The notes below the pieces were generated by a model. The model saw only the letters and a program-made list of their open reading frames with translations. It was not told the DNA's origin and ran no database searches. Below, piece by piece: positions 10,429 to 20,333 of a stretch of DNA of 64,000 nucleotides. The DNA is taken from NCBI GenBank assembly GCA_964540135.1, contig CAZILK010000002.1, forward strand, positions 33,074 to 97,073, given 5' to 3'. A program made the translations under genes and the position numbers. This DNA is from an uncultured Candidatus Saccharibacteria bacterium (GTDB taxonomy: Bacteria; Patescibacteriota; WWE3; UBA101185; UBA10185). Position 1 is the first letter of the stretch. The number at the start of each line of letters is the position of its first letter.

Positions 10429-11067
10429 ATCTACCAAAATATCTTCAGGAGAGCTAACCAAAATAGCGCCGCTTCGAATTAGCTGATTAGTACCTTGGGA
10501 GCTTTTGGAAAAAATATCACCCGGAACGCAATACACAGGTTTACCCATATCAAGACACTCTGTAACAACATAGCTTGTTTGGTACAAGTTGTAGGACTCC
10601 ACAATAAGGACAGCTAAACTAAGTCCTGCAAGGACAGTATACATTGCGTTACATAGCTTAGGATCAAACTTAGCGCCAGTATCAAAAGGTGAGATAACAC
10701 AGCCTTTTGAATACGAAGCCACCTTTTTAATTAACAGGTAGTCTTCGCTAGACGAGATATGAAGTAGACCCATGCTCAAAACACATATAACTGGGAGGTT
10801 ATATGTTATTGCGAGATGTATGACATTATCTGATATACCTCTTGATGTTTCAGTTACTAATGTTAACCCTGATAACCCAAGATTTGGGAGAAAAGAATTT
10901 AAGACGCATAAACCATAAGGACTAATAAACTCACACCCAATAACGGCAAGAGATGGTGCTTTAATATGACTATCATTGCCAATGACCGTAAGTATTGGAG
11001 CATAGGTTAATGCATTTTTTAAGCGAGCAGGATAGTTTGATGAACTCGGTCTGATGTAGTCAAACAC
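10417..11067 (-). CDS. dprA: DprA/Smf-like DNA processing protein, truncated and divergent
   Basis: YPARL, VYCVPGDIFSKSSQGTNQLIRSGAILVSSPEDIL; directly upstream of topA. Confidence 0.8.
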   Translation of the reverse strand: MFDYIRPSSSNYPARLKNALTYAPILTVIGNDSHIKAPSLAVIGCEFISPYGLCVLNSFLPNLGLSGLTLVTETSRGISDNVIHLAITYNLPVICVLSMGLLHISSSEDYLLIKKVASYSKGCVISPFDTGAKFDPKLCNAMYTVLAGLSLAVLIVESYNLYQTSYVVTECLDMGKPVYCVPGDIFSKSSQGTNQLIRSGAILVSSPEDILVDLKF

Positions 11068-11114
11068 ACTTGATATGTAACAAAAAAACTGATCTTAGAA
11101 CAAGCTTCTTGATT

Positions 11115-12998
11115 CTACTTATAATAGATTGCCATCCATTGATCTATTATTTTACGTGCCATAACTGCTGCGTCATCAGATCCTGTACTACCGCCCTCTA
11201 AAAAAACAGTTAATGCAATTGTTGGTTTTGAATAAGGTGCGAAGACTGTGAACCAGCCATGAGTATCAGGCTTGCCAAACTTGTTAATAAATTCAGAAGT
11301 ACCAGTCTTCCCTGCTGCAAAGTCGCCATACTTTGTCTTAAAATCAAAAAAAGGATAGCCTGTTCCACCAGGTAAGGAGGCAAGCTTCATACCCTCGCGT
11401 ACTTTTTCAATAGCTGAATCAGTTACAATATTAGTGCTAATGATAGGGTTTGTGCCCTCCACCAAAGCAATTCTTGGCTTATATAAAACTCCCCCATTCG
11501 CAAAAAAAGTAGTTGTATTATTGACTTGAAGTGGTGTTGCCAAAACATCCCCTTGGCCAATAGCTGTAATAAAGTTATCGCCCAGATACCAATCTCGAGA
11601 TGTGCCATCTGGTATAAAACCCGGAGCCTCTCCTGGTAAGTCTATACCTGTCTTTTTACCGTAGCCAAGCTTGAGAGCCCAATCATGCATCTTTGTTATC
11701 CCAAGCCCTCTTACTGCTCCGTTCCCGCCCCCAACAGTGTAGAAGTAAGTGTCATTACTTTTCTGCATTGCAGTAAGGAGGTCTACCTCCCCATGGCCAT
11801 CAAGTTTCCAGTTTCTAAAGATAAATGACCCAACTCTAAGATATCCTGGATCAAAGATCTTGTAATCTGGGCTTACTGTCTTTTCCATAAGAACTGCTGT
11901 TGCGGTAGACATTTTAAATGTGGACCCTGGCGGATAAGTGCCGAGGACAGCTCTATTAAAGAAGGGCTGGCTTTTATTTGCTAAAAGATTTTCATACTCA
12001 ACTGAGGAAATACCTTTTGTCATTTTAGCTATGTCATAGGTTGGGTAGCTGACTAGAGCTAAAATTTCCCCAGTGTACGGACTTTGTGCGACGACGGCAC
12101 CACCAAAAACTTTCTTATCATCCACTTTTTTTGCAAGCTCGTTATATGCAAATAGTTGCAGATCGCGGTCAATACTTGTCTGAAGATCAATGCCAGGAAT
12201 CGCGTTTCTTTCAGATAAATCTTTGGCTATAAATCCAGCTGAATCAACTTGATAAACCTTCTCACCTGCAACTCCTTTTAAATGAGTGTCATACATTTTC
12301 TCAATCCCATCTTTACCCTGGATTGATGGATATGCTGTGTCCCCAACTCCAACGTAACCCAGTACATGAGAGAATGCCAAAGGATGAATATAATCCCGTT
12401 GTGGAAGTACATTTATAAAAATATTCTGAAAAGGATGAGTTGTACTTTCAAACCGTATTACATCATCTTTTGTTATGTCTGTCGCGACTACAATTGAAAG
12501 AGCACCTAAGGCAAGTTTATCTTCAATCTCAGGTAAGGAAAGAAACACATAATTAGACCCGAAAAACTTTGCAGCCGATGCAAGCTCTTGTTTACAACTA
12601 GCTTTGAGAGAAACCAAGTCTTCTTTACACCTCGTTAGATCAAGCTCAATTACAAATGCAGGTTGATTTTTTGCAAGTATCTTGCCGGTCCTGTCTACAA
12701 TTACACCTCTCTCGGGTTGAATGATGCTTACGCGCAAGCTGTTTCTTTTTGTCAGATCGCTATTCTTCTTCCCATCAACTAATTGTAAGTTAAATGCATG
12801 TGCCAAAAAATACAGAACCGAGAATAAGAGCAAAATAAAGATTGGCAGCATATTTCTTAATTTTGAAAGCTTATCAGGAGCAAGCGGGGTCGTAGGATTG
12901 AGTTTTTTTGGAAAAAACTCAAGCGCCATAAATCGCTTTTTACGACTATGTGTTTTACTACTATTAAGAGTTTGGGTTATCTCGTCATTTAACTTCAT
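11115..12998 (-). CDS. mrdA: penicillin-binding protein 2
   Basis: RGVIVDR, STFK (SxxK), SND, KTGTSE; follows mreBCD. Confidence 0.93.
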   Translation of the reverse strand: MKLNDEITQTLNSSKTHSRKKRFMALEFFPKKLNPTTPLAPDKLSKLRNMLPIFILLLFSVLYFLAHAFNLQLVDGKKNSDLTKRNSLRVSIIQPERGVIVDRTGKILAKNQPAFVIELDLTRCKEDLVSLKASCKQELASAAKFFGSNYVFLSLPEIEDKLALGALSIVVATDITKDDVIRFESTTHPFQNIFINVLPQRDYIHPLAFSHVLGYVGVGDTAYPSIQGKDGIEKMYDTHLKGVAGEKVYQVDSAGFIAKDLSERNAIPGIDLQTSIDRDLQLFAYNELAKKVDDKKVFGGAVVAQSPYTGEILALVSYPTYDIAKMTKGISSVEYENLLANKSQPFFNRAVLGTYPPGSTFKMSTATAVLMEKTVSPDYKIFDPGYLRVGSFIFRNWKLDGHGEVDLLTAMQKSNDTYFYTVGGGNGAVRGLGITKMHDWALKLGYGKKTGIDLPGEAPGFIPDGTSRDWYLGDNFITAIGQGDVLATPLQVNNTTTFFANGGVLYKPRIALVEGTNPIISTNIVTDSAIEKVREGMKLASLPGGTGYPFFDFKTKYGDFAAGKTGTSEFINKFGKPDTHGWFTVFAPYSKPTIALTVFLEGGSTGSDDAAVMARKIIDQWMAIYYK

Positions 12999-13461
12999 AG
13001 TAGCTCGACTGTTTTAAGCCAAACAGAGTTCTATAAATAGAAAGAAGTATGACTGAGATAATTGAGGTCATAGCCCCAGAGACAACTAACCTGCCCCAGA
13101 TAAACGGGTAATGCATCATGACCACAAAAAACAAAGCATGTAGACACTGTGCTACTAATACAAAAAGGATATAGGCAAACACGTTCCGTGAGACTCTCTC
13201 AAATAGCAGACTACATACAAAGACAAACCCAATATAGAGCATAGATGTTATGCCAAGTGTGTTACCCCAAAACATGTCAAGAAAAATGCCTGAGACAAAA
13301 GCGAAAAATAGCGCATCAGCTTTTCTCCCTACGCGAAGTAAAAGCAGCACCAGGCTTAATAAAACTCCAGGAGTAAAAGCTGCAAAAAGTTCGTCAAGAA
13401 AAGCAGCCTGAACTAAAGCTAGTATAAATGCGCTTAAAAAATACATGGCATATTTTTTCAT
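12985..13461 (-). CDS. mreD: rod shape-determining protein MreD
   Basis: Polytopic membrane protein with GIFLD...LGITS, between mreC and mrdA. Confidence 0.8.
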   Translation of the reverse strand: MKKYAMYFLSAFILALVQAAFLDELFAAFTPGVLLSLVLLLLRVGRKADALFFAFVSGIFLDMFWGNTLGITSMLYIGFVFVCSLLFERVSRNVFAYILFVLVAQCLHALFFVVMMHYPFIWGRLVVSGAMTSIISVILLSIYRTLFGLKQSSYYEVK

Positions 13462-13462
13462 A

Positions 13463-14257
13463 TTAATTTATTAGAACAAATACCTTTTCTATCTGTGACA
13501 AATTTACACTAGGTTCTATGAACGCATTTCTTAAGGCGTCAGCACTATCGCCTTCAAGTCTTGCAACACGCCCAATTAGTAAATCCGCTGGAAAACTCTG
13601 CGATATACCTTTAGTTAAAACCAAATCCCCAACCCTGACATTGTCCCCAGGTAGCAATCTGCTGAGTCTTATCGCAGTGCCAAATTGGCCAGACACAATT
13701 CCTTCAGCCTTTGGCAATGGACTAGCTTTAGCAGGAAGTACATAGGCTGCAACTTTAAGTAAGGGGGATGTAGGAAGAGCAACAATTGAGTTTGTATGGC
13801 CTGCATTAACAACTACACCAACAAGGACATTCTCAATTACAACACCCGATCCAACTTCAACTTTATCTTGAGTACCTTTATCTATAACTATGCTTGCTCC
13901 TGAAGGATCTTGGTGATTAACATATACTTGAGCTAAAACATATGAGCTTGATGAAAGATTCTTATTACTGGTGGCAACCTTAAGTTGTTTTCTTAATAGC
14001 ACGTTCTCCCCCGCTCGAAGTCGCAGCCTGCTATTTTCAGTCGTTAATGCAAAGTTTTCTTTATAGAGTTTTTCATAGTCTGCTTTAAGACGCTGTATAT
14101 CGTTAAAAAAACTCCCCAGCTGCTTTATTTCTCGAGCCTGCAGCTTTAAATGTAATTGAGCTGGAGTAGTTAGCTTGTCAAACATGCTTTGGATAGGTTT
14201 TGTAAACCCAAAAAAACTAAGTCCAAAAACGATAATGCTTAAAACAATATATTTCAC
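13463..14257 (-). CDS. mreC: rod shape-determining protein MreC
   Basis: TM helix, coiled coil (ENVLLRKQL), IDKG, FPADLLIGRV. Confidence 0.92.
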   Translation of the reverse strand: MKYIVLSIIVFGLSFFGFTKPIQSMFDKLTTPAQLHLKLQAREIKQLGSFFNDIQRLKADYEKLYKENFALTTENSRLRLRAGENVLLRKQLKVATSNKNLSSSSYVLAQVYVNHQDPSGASIVIDKGTQDKVEVGSGVVIENVLVGVVVNAGHTNSIVALPTSPLLKVAAYVLPAKASPLPKAEGIVSGQFGTAIRLSRLLPGDNVRVGDLVLTKGISQSFPADLLIGRVARLEGDSADALRNAFIEPSVNLSQIEKVFVLIN

Positions 14258-14258
14258 A

Positions 14259-15302
14259 TTAATTAGTTAACTTAACTTTATGCAACAACTCAGGATCTTC
14301 CAAGAGTTTTCCGCATCCTCTAACAACACAGGTTATGGGATCGCTGGCAATATACACATTAACATTTAATTCTTTAGAAATTAATAAATGAAGCCCCTTA
14401 AGAAGAGAGCCCCCACCCGTAAGCACTATCCCGCCTTTTAAAATATCTGAAACAAGCTCGGCCGGCGTTTGTTCAATAATATCTTTAATGGCTGTAATAA
14501 TTTGTGCAACTGACGATTTCATCGCGTCTCGTATTTCAAACGGCGTAACTTCAACAGCTTTTGGAAGACCTGATTTTAAGTCTCTCCCTCTGATTGAAGA
14601 TCTCAGAGAATTTTCCCCATCAAAAGTATACGCACTCCCAAGCTCCATCTTTAAATCTTCAGCAGATCTCTCACCTATTAAAATATTGTATTTTAATCTT
14701 GCAAACTCAACAATATCTCGATCAAGCGTTGTGCCTGCAATCTTTAATGACCTGTTGATAACTATGCCATTTAATGAAATTACTGCAACTTCGGTGGTAC
14801 CGCCCCCAATATCAACAACCATAATGCCGCGTGGAAGCTCTATACTAAGCCCTGCCCCAATTGCTGCAAGGATTGGTTCTTCGACAAGAATTGCCTGTCT
14901 TGCTCCAGCATTTTTAGTTGCATCAATGACAGCTTTTCGCTCAACTGATGAAACTCCACCTGGAACACCAAGAACAACAAGTGGTCTTGGAATTCTTGGT
15001 AAACGTCCTGGTATTTCATGTACTTTTTTAATGTAATACTCAAGCATTTTTTCAGTTACATTAAAATCAGAAATAACACCCTCAGATAGAGGTCTAACAA
15101 CATTTATTAGAGTTGGGGTTTTGCCAAACATTCTTTTTGCGTCAGCACCTGCTGCAATTATTTCTTTTGTCTTTTTATGAATTGCAACAACACTTGGCTC
15201 ACGTACCAAAATCCCCTTACCTTTCACATAGATGAGTGTGTTGGCAGTGCCTAAATCAATGCCAAGGTCGTAAGAAAAATACCCTAAAAGCCTATTCAAC
15301 AT
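14259..15302 (-). CDS. mreB: rod shape-determining protein MreB
   Basis: IDLGTANT, EPSVVA, VDIGGGTTE, LTGGGSLL. Confidence 0.97.
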   Translation of the reverse strand: MLNRLLGYFSYDLGIDLGTANTLIYVKGKGILVREPSVVAIHKKTKEIIAAGADAKRMFGKTPTLINVVRPLSEGVISDFNVTEKMLEYYIKKVHEIPGRLPRIPRPLVVLGVPGGVSSVERKAVIDATKNAGARQAILVEEPILAAIGAGLSIELPRGIMVVDIGGGTTEVAVISLNGIVINRSLKIAGTTLDRDIVEFARLKYNILIGERSAEDLKMELGSAYTFDGENSLRSSIRGRDLKSGLPKAVEVTPFEIRDAMKSSVAQIITAIKDIIEQTPAELVSDILKGGIVLTGGGSLLKGLHLLISKELNVNVYIASDPITCVVRGCGKLLEDPELLHKVKLTN

Positions 15303-15426
15303 AGGTGCAGTGTATCAAGGGATGCCTGTATTTGGTAGTCATAAATAAGTATGTTTTTATAAATACCTTTAGCTTTCTAAATGTACGTCCTAGTAGCTTT
15401 TGCCTAGGATATAGTAAAATGCATAC

Positions 15427-15960
15427 ATGCCAGTTTTAGAGATAATTAAAATACCAAGTCCAGTCCTACATGAAAAATGTAGACTCGTCAAAGAGCTTAA
15501 CCAAGATATTAAAAACCAGATAATTGGACTATCCGACACTCTTGCCGATCCAACAACAAAAGGTGTAGGTCTTGCAGCTCCGCAACTAGGTTTCACAACA
15601 AGAATATGTGTTGTTTTAAAGTTTTCTCAGGAAAAGGATGCACCTCCAACTGAGTTTGTCTTAATAAATCCTGTTATAACAAAGTTCTCATCTCCGACTG
15701 ATATAAGGTGGGAGGGATGTTTAAGTATCCCGGATACTTTTTGCAAAATTCAAAGAAGCAAAGAGATCACAGTTACCTTTATAAACATAAATGGCGAAGC
15801 TCAAAAGCTTAAAGCTACAGGCTTTTTTGCACGGGTGATTCAGCATGAAGTAGATCATTTAGATGGTATTTTAATAACTGATAAATGTGTTGGGGAGCCT
15901 GTAACTGAGGCTGAGCTGGATAAGCTAATGGAGGGTGAAAAGCTTAGAAAAAATGATTAA
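15427..15960 (+). CDS. def: peptide deformylase
   Basis: GVGLAAPQ, EGCLS, QHEVDHLDG. Confidence 0.97.
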   Translation: MPVLEIIKIPSPVLHEKCRLVKELNQDIKNQIIGLSDTLADPTTKGVGLAAPQLGFTTRICVVLKFSQEKDAPPTEFVLINPVITKFSSPTDIRWEGCLSIPDTFCKIQRSKEITVTFININGEAQKLKATGFFARVIQHEVDHLDGILITDKCVGEPVTEAELDKLMEGEKLRKND

Positions 15961-16873
15961 AGTTGCATTCTTTGGTACTTCAAACAAGTCGCTCCCGATT
16001 CTTGAAAACCTCAGTCGTAATCTCGATCTGTTACTATGTGTTACTAAAAGCGACAGAGTTTCCGGAAGAAAACAAATAAGTACACCAACGGTTGTTAAGA
16101 CTTGGGCACAAACACACAATGTTAAGGTGCTGGAGATTAATAGGTTAGATGAAGAGAGCACTGAAACTATAATCTCAAGCTTAAAAGACTTAAAGATCGA
16201 CTGTGTTATTGTTGCAGACTTCAGTTTTATCATTCCCAAAGCAATTATTAGCACTCCCCCATTTGGATTGATTAACATTCACTTCTCAGAGCTGCCAAAA
16301 TACAGAGGGGCAAGCCCTGTTCAACATACTATTTTAAATGGAGACAAAACAACTGCTGTTACATTTATGCTTATGAGCGAGGGGATGGATGAAGGAGATA
16401 TACTAACTCAATTTCCAGTAGAAGTCCCAGAGGAGATAGATACAGGGCAGCTATATAACAGTTTATTTAACCTAGCTGGTGAGAAGACAGCACAAGTGGT
16501 CTCAGACTATGTAAATGGGTACTTGAAACCGCAACCTCAAGAAGAGAGTAAAGTAACATACTGCTTTTCCAAAAGTCATCCAAAATCAACATTAATATAT
16601 AAAGAAGACGCCAGACTCAATTGGAGCGACTCCCCTCTTTCTCTTTACAGACAAATTCGAGCTTATAACCCATGGCCAGTTGCTTGGACTACTTTAGGCG
16701 AGCTTAAGACACAAGGATTTAGTTTAAAAGACTTAGAGAAAAAAGATCTTAAGCTTAAGATATATACAGCCAAGCTAACCGATACTGAATTGCTACCTTT
16801 GATTGTCCAACCTGAAAATGGCAAAAAAATAACATTTGAAGAACTTCTAAATGGCTATTTTGTGAAAGGGTAA
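15953..16873 (+). CDS. fmt: methionyl-tRNA formyltransferase
   Basis: FFGT, NIHFSELPKYRGASP, MDEGD, RAYNPWP; follows def. Confidence 0.95.
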   Translation: MIKVAFFGTSNKSLPILENLSRNLDLLLCVTKSDRVSGRKQISTPTVVKTWAQTHNVKVLEINRLDEESTETIISSLKDLKIDCVIVADFSFIIPKAIISTPPFGLINIHFSELPKYRGASPVQHTILNGDKTTAVTFMLMSEGMDEGDILTQFPVEVPEEIDTGQLYNSLFNLAGEKTAQVVSDYVNGYLKPQPQEESKVTYCFSKSHPKSTLIYKEDARLNWSDSPLSLYRQIRAYNPWPVAWTTLGELKTQGFSLKDLEKKDLKLKIYTAKLTDTELLPLIVQPENGKKITFEELLNGYFVKG

Positions 16874-16879
16874 GAGATT

Positions 16880-17134
16880 TTAAGCAAGAGCTGCTTGTGA
16901 GGCTACAAGTGCCTTGGCTTCTTTATCGGCAAGATTTCTTTCGTATTTGATTCTTTTTAAACAAGAAGAGCACATCTTAATTTTAATGTTAACTCCATCA
17001 ATCTTAAGCTTTTTCTCAAACAAATTAGGCTCTTGTCTGGAAAGGGTTCTTCTAACAACACGGCGTCCAATACCTCTTTTAACAAGATTTGATTTAAGAT
17101 AGCTTTTTAAACAGATTTCGCAAACTTTTGACAT
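16880..17134 (-). CDS. rpmB: 50S ribosomal protein L28
   Basis: MSKVCEIC, RQEPNL, CSSCLK. Confidence 0.88.
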   Translation of the reverse strand: MSKVCEICLKSYLKSNLVKRGIGRRVVRRTLSRQEPNLFEKKLKIDGVNIKIKMCSSCLKRIKYERNLADKEAKALVASQAALA

Positions 17135-17186
17135 AACTTAGGGATTAAAACACAAAACGCTCTTGACTGTCAATCTTTGTCTGATT

Positions 17187-17627
17187 TTAAAGGGAATGCT
17201 GGTTGCCTACACCTATACTTACAACTTTTTCTTTGCTGGTCTCTTGGAGTAAGTCAGATTCAAGAGGTTTAGCAATGGTATCGTCTTTTGCGATCCGGTC
17301 AGTGTCTCTTTTGATGTGAAGTAGTGTGTTTTTCTGGAGTTCCTCAAGCTTCTCTATCCTACTCTCCCATTTACTCTCTGATGCATGAAGTAAAGACATC
17401 ATGATGAATGTAAGGATTGTAGTTGTTGTATTAATCATCAAGTGCCATATTTCACCAAAGCCTAGGAAAAACCCTGATGGAAACCAGATAACAACAAGAA
17501 GAAGTGATAGCGCAAACCAATAGGGCGTACCAACAACTGAATCAACAGTGTCTGAGAGTTTCTCAAACATATTATAGATACGCCGACCAGTGGAGAGATC
17601 TTGTGACCCGGGCAGGTTTTTTGACAT
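17187..17627 (-). CDS. low-affinity iron permease (Fet4/DUF1003-like) membrane protein
   Basis: GTPYWF, WHLMINTTTTILTFIM; start set at MSKNL. Confidence 0.75.
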   Translation of the reverse strand: MSKNLPGSQDLSTGRRIYNMFEKLSDTVDSVVGTPYWFALSLLLVVIWFPSGFFLGFGEIWHLMINTTTTILTFIMMSLLHASESKWESRIEKLEELQKNTLLHIKRDTDRIAKDDTIAKPLESDLLQETSKEKVVSIGVGNQHSL

Positions 17628-17747
17628 TAGTAGAATGGTATAAAATGCTTTAGTTAGTGTCAATGAATATGTTAAACTTTTTTGTGCACTTACATTAAAT
17701 TTAATGGTATGATTCACTGTAAAAGTTGCTGTTAGACTAAAGTACTT

Positions 17748-17822
17748 GCCACCTTAGCTCAGCGGTAGAGCAATCCTTTTGTAAGGGATAGGTCGTGGGT
17801 TCAAATCCCACAGGTGGCTCCA
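17748..17822 (+). tRNA. tRNA-Thr (anticodon TGT)
   Basis: Cloverleaf GCCACCT/AGGTGGC, loop TTTGTAA, TTCAAAT, encoded CCA. Confidence 0.95.
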
Positions 17823-17844
17823 TTAAGTTTTAGAAGATAGAAAT

Positions 17845-17930
17845 GCCGGGATACCGAAGCGGCCAAACGGGGCAGACTGTAAATCTGCTGGTGTAAACCT
17901 ACACAGGTTCGAATCCTGTTCCCGGCACCA
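17845..17930 (+). tRNA. tRNA-Tyr (anticodon GTA)
   Basis: GCAGA-CTGTAAA-TCTGC arm, long variable arm, GTTCGAATC, CCA. Confidence 0.95.
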
Positions 17931-17947
17931 ATTTATCTTCTATAAAA

Positions 17948-18022
17948 GCCTGGGTAGTTCAGTGGTAGAACGCCTCCATGGTAAGGAGGAGGTCGAGGGT
18001 TCAATTCCCTCCTCAGGCTCCA
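17948..18022 (+). tRNA. tRNA-Thr (anticodon GGT)
   Basis: CCTCC-ATGGTAA-GGAGG arm, GTTCAATTC, CCA. Confidence 0.95.
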
Positions 18023-18121
18023 CTCATTAAATAAAATAGCGAAGCATAACAAGCAGCATTTGACATAAAGTATACGCGGTGGTATAAGAACTATAGGTCC
18101 AATTTATGCGCAGGAAAGCTT

Positions 18122-19018
18122 ATGGATAATTTTGGAAAATTTCTAACAATAACAACCTTTGGCTTCACTATAGCCGCTTGTGGGGTACGGCCTGAAACTC
18201 AGGAAACGAACACACAGCCAGACACTGAACTCCCAGAAGAACAACCCCCAACAGCAGCTCCAGCAAATCAAGCTGGCACTAATAGCGATGCTCTAACTGC
18301 CGCAACATTACCAGATATCATGAGGTATTCAGGTCTATCAGATAAACCATATACTCGCGATGTTATACTCAATAGAATGAACGGTATCCCCACAATTATC
18401 GAAATAGCCGGCATAGACCCTAATATTTATATTGAGCGTACAACAATTGCACGAGTTTTAGATTTGTGTGACGAATTAGAAGGTATACCGCTGTTTGACG
18501 ATGAAAGTCAGGACTACATTGAAGGCGAGGTTCTTCGACTAACTAGCAGAGAAGGTCTGCCTGTTACGCTAACTTTGTTTAATGAGGATGCTGTAAGAGA
18601 GGGTATGGCAGGAGACAGTGAAGCGACAGAATCTGGTAGCTTTGCATTACTTCAGGATGTTCCAATGCCTGTGAGATTCGAAGAATACGCCAATGGGACA
18701 CAAATTATAATCCCTGTAGGAGCAGGTATTACTGTCACCGCGTATAATGGAGAGATAGCATCAAATCTTTTTAAAGCCAGGCTTGCTACACAAACCGGCG
18801 ATATAACTCGTGATGTAAATTTAACCAACTTAATTGCTGAAAGCCTCGGTGTTGCGTACGCTATTGCCGCACAAGGTGAAAGCTACGAAAGCTACTTGAT
18901 GTGGTTAAGAATAAGTTCTGCTGATGATTACGGACGACTTGCTGACGGAAGACCTCTAGTGGTATCACCAAACACATACGCAAAGCTTAGCTTACCCGCG
19001 ATACTAACTTACCAGTAA
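18122..19018 (+). CDS. hypothetical lipoprotein
   Basis: Lipobox-like IAAC, Pro/Thr/Gln linker, acidic domain; AGGA upstream. Confidence 0.7.
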   Translation: MDNFGKFLTITTFGFTIAACGVRPETQETNTQPDTELPEEQPPTAAPANQAGTNSDALTAATLPDIMRYSGLSDKPYTRDVILNRMNGIPTIIEIAGIDPNIYIERTTIARVLDLCDELEGIPLFDDESQDYIEGEVLRLTSREGLPVTLTLFNEDAVREGMAGDSEATESGSFALLQDVPMPVRFEEYANGTQIIIPVGAGITVTAYNGEIASNLFKARLATQTGDITRDVNLTNLIAESLGVAYAIAAQGESYESYLMWLRISSADDYGRLADGRPLVVSPNTYAKLSLPAILTYQ

Positions 19019-19089
19019 GTACTATCTGCAAAACAGAATTGCTTGTATTCCAAAACAATCATATAATCATTAAGTCTTTCGCGAGTAAA

Positions 19090-19163
19090 AGGGGCGTGGT
19101 GAAGAGGTATCACAGAGGTCTCCAAAACCTTTATCGGGGGTTCGATTCCCTCCGCCCCTGCCA
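19090..19163 (+). tRNA. tRNA-Trp (anticodon CCA)
   Basis: AGGGGCG/CGCCCCT, GAGGT-CTCCAAA-ACCTT, GTTCGATTC, CCA. Confidence 0.95.
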
Positions 19164-19364
19164 ATCAATCTTCTTTATATATGGAGGACATCTCCTCTTT
19201 TACTCTATCTGATAGGTATACTTTTATCAACGATTGATAAGGAACATCTTGAGAGTTTGCGAGTGTTTTAATTCGCGCCAAAAGATGCTTTGGAAGACGA
19301 AGAGAAATGGATTAGGTGCTAAGCTTTAGATTAGGAAAAACTACTCTTTCAGCTTTAGAAGACG

Positions 19365-20196
19365 CTACAATTTACCTTTTTCAAACTTAAAATCAAAAAG
19401 GTTTGGCAGGTTCTTTCCTGTTATACCCTGCAACCTAGCAGCCTTCTCGGCCGGACTCAACAAGGGATACCAGAGCTTGTCCGTTACTAATTGGGAACCC
19501 ATCAGCGCATATGCCGGTGTTATGATTAACTGAAATGCATTAAAAGCATCGATGCGAGGATCACCGGTTGGATTTTCAGGCATGAAATATAAACTTCCCA
19601 TTGTTATAAGACCTGAGACAGCTCCTGATGTTACTACTTGTGCCACCTGCGTTCTTCTGCCCTCTTGTCTCGCATTCGGATCTATGGCTCTAATTAAGTG
19701 CTCTCTTTCATGCCTCCAGACAGTATGAACATTTTGTCTAATGGCTGCTTCAACTATTTCTGGATGGGCGTGATCTAGCACTCTTGCAATGCCAACCATA
19801 CTATCAATATTCAAAAACAATGCGGGCGATGTTACTTCTGGGTATGTTGCCCCTATTAAATCTCGTACCTTTAGGACATCAGCCAATTTCATGGCAGGAG
19901 CGCTAACCGGTCCAAGTGCTCGCCAAAACTTACTATCAACACTTTTACGCCTCATATCACTCGAAACATGTGCGATTAGTAGCTTGCTATCGGTAAAAAA
20001 TAACACTCTCTCTCTCTGCAACCTCCTCAGCCCGACTCATATCAAGATCCTTTCTACTGCGCACCTCTTCTAAAAAGTCCTTGCGGAGCTTATTAGTGTC
20101 AGCTGAAACAGTCACTACGCCATCTCTGTAGGAAGCGACCTCACTTAGTTCTCCGGGACTCGGTCTGAATAGTTGTTCTACATTTGTTTCACTCAT
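19365..20196 (-). pseudogene. frameshifted HExxH-containing membrane protein
   Basis: ORF from ATG 20196 (AGGA upstream) overlaps ORF 19365-20021 across (AG)6 and T6 tracts; downstream part has HEREH and two hydrophobic segments. Confidence 0.55.
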
Positions 20197-20333
20197 ATTT
20201 CCTGCTTCTTCGTATAATTTATCACAAATCAACATAAACGAAGAACTGACTGGGATTAATGGGCTTGTTGGATTCTGCAGAGATCAAGTGCGCCTAGCTA
20301 CCCGAGAATCTCGTATCTTTGTTACCAGACAAC

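Noticed and set aside
14488-15036. Long antisense ORFs (also 5111-5512, 6461-6889, 36933-37361 and others)
   Set aside because: They are shadows of well-supported genes on the opposite strand and carry no motifs
19164-19364. Small gene or remnant after tRNA-Trp
   Set aside because: Only short interrupted frames with no recognisable similarity
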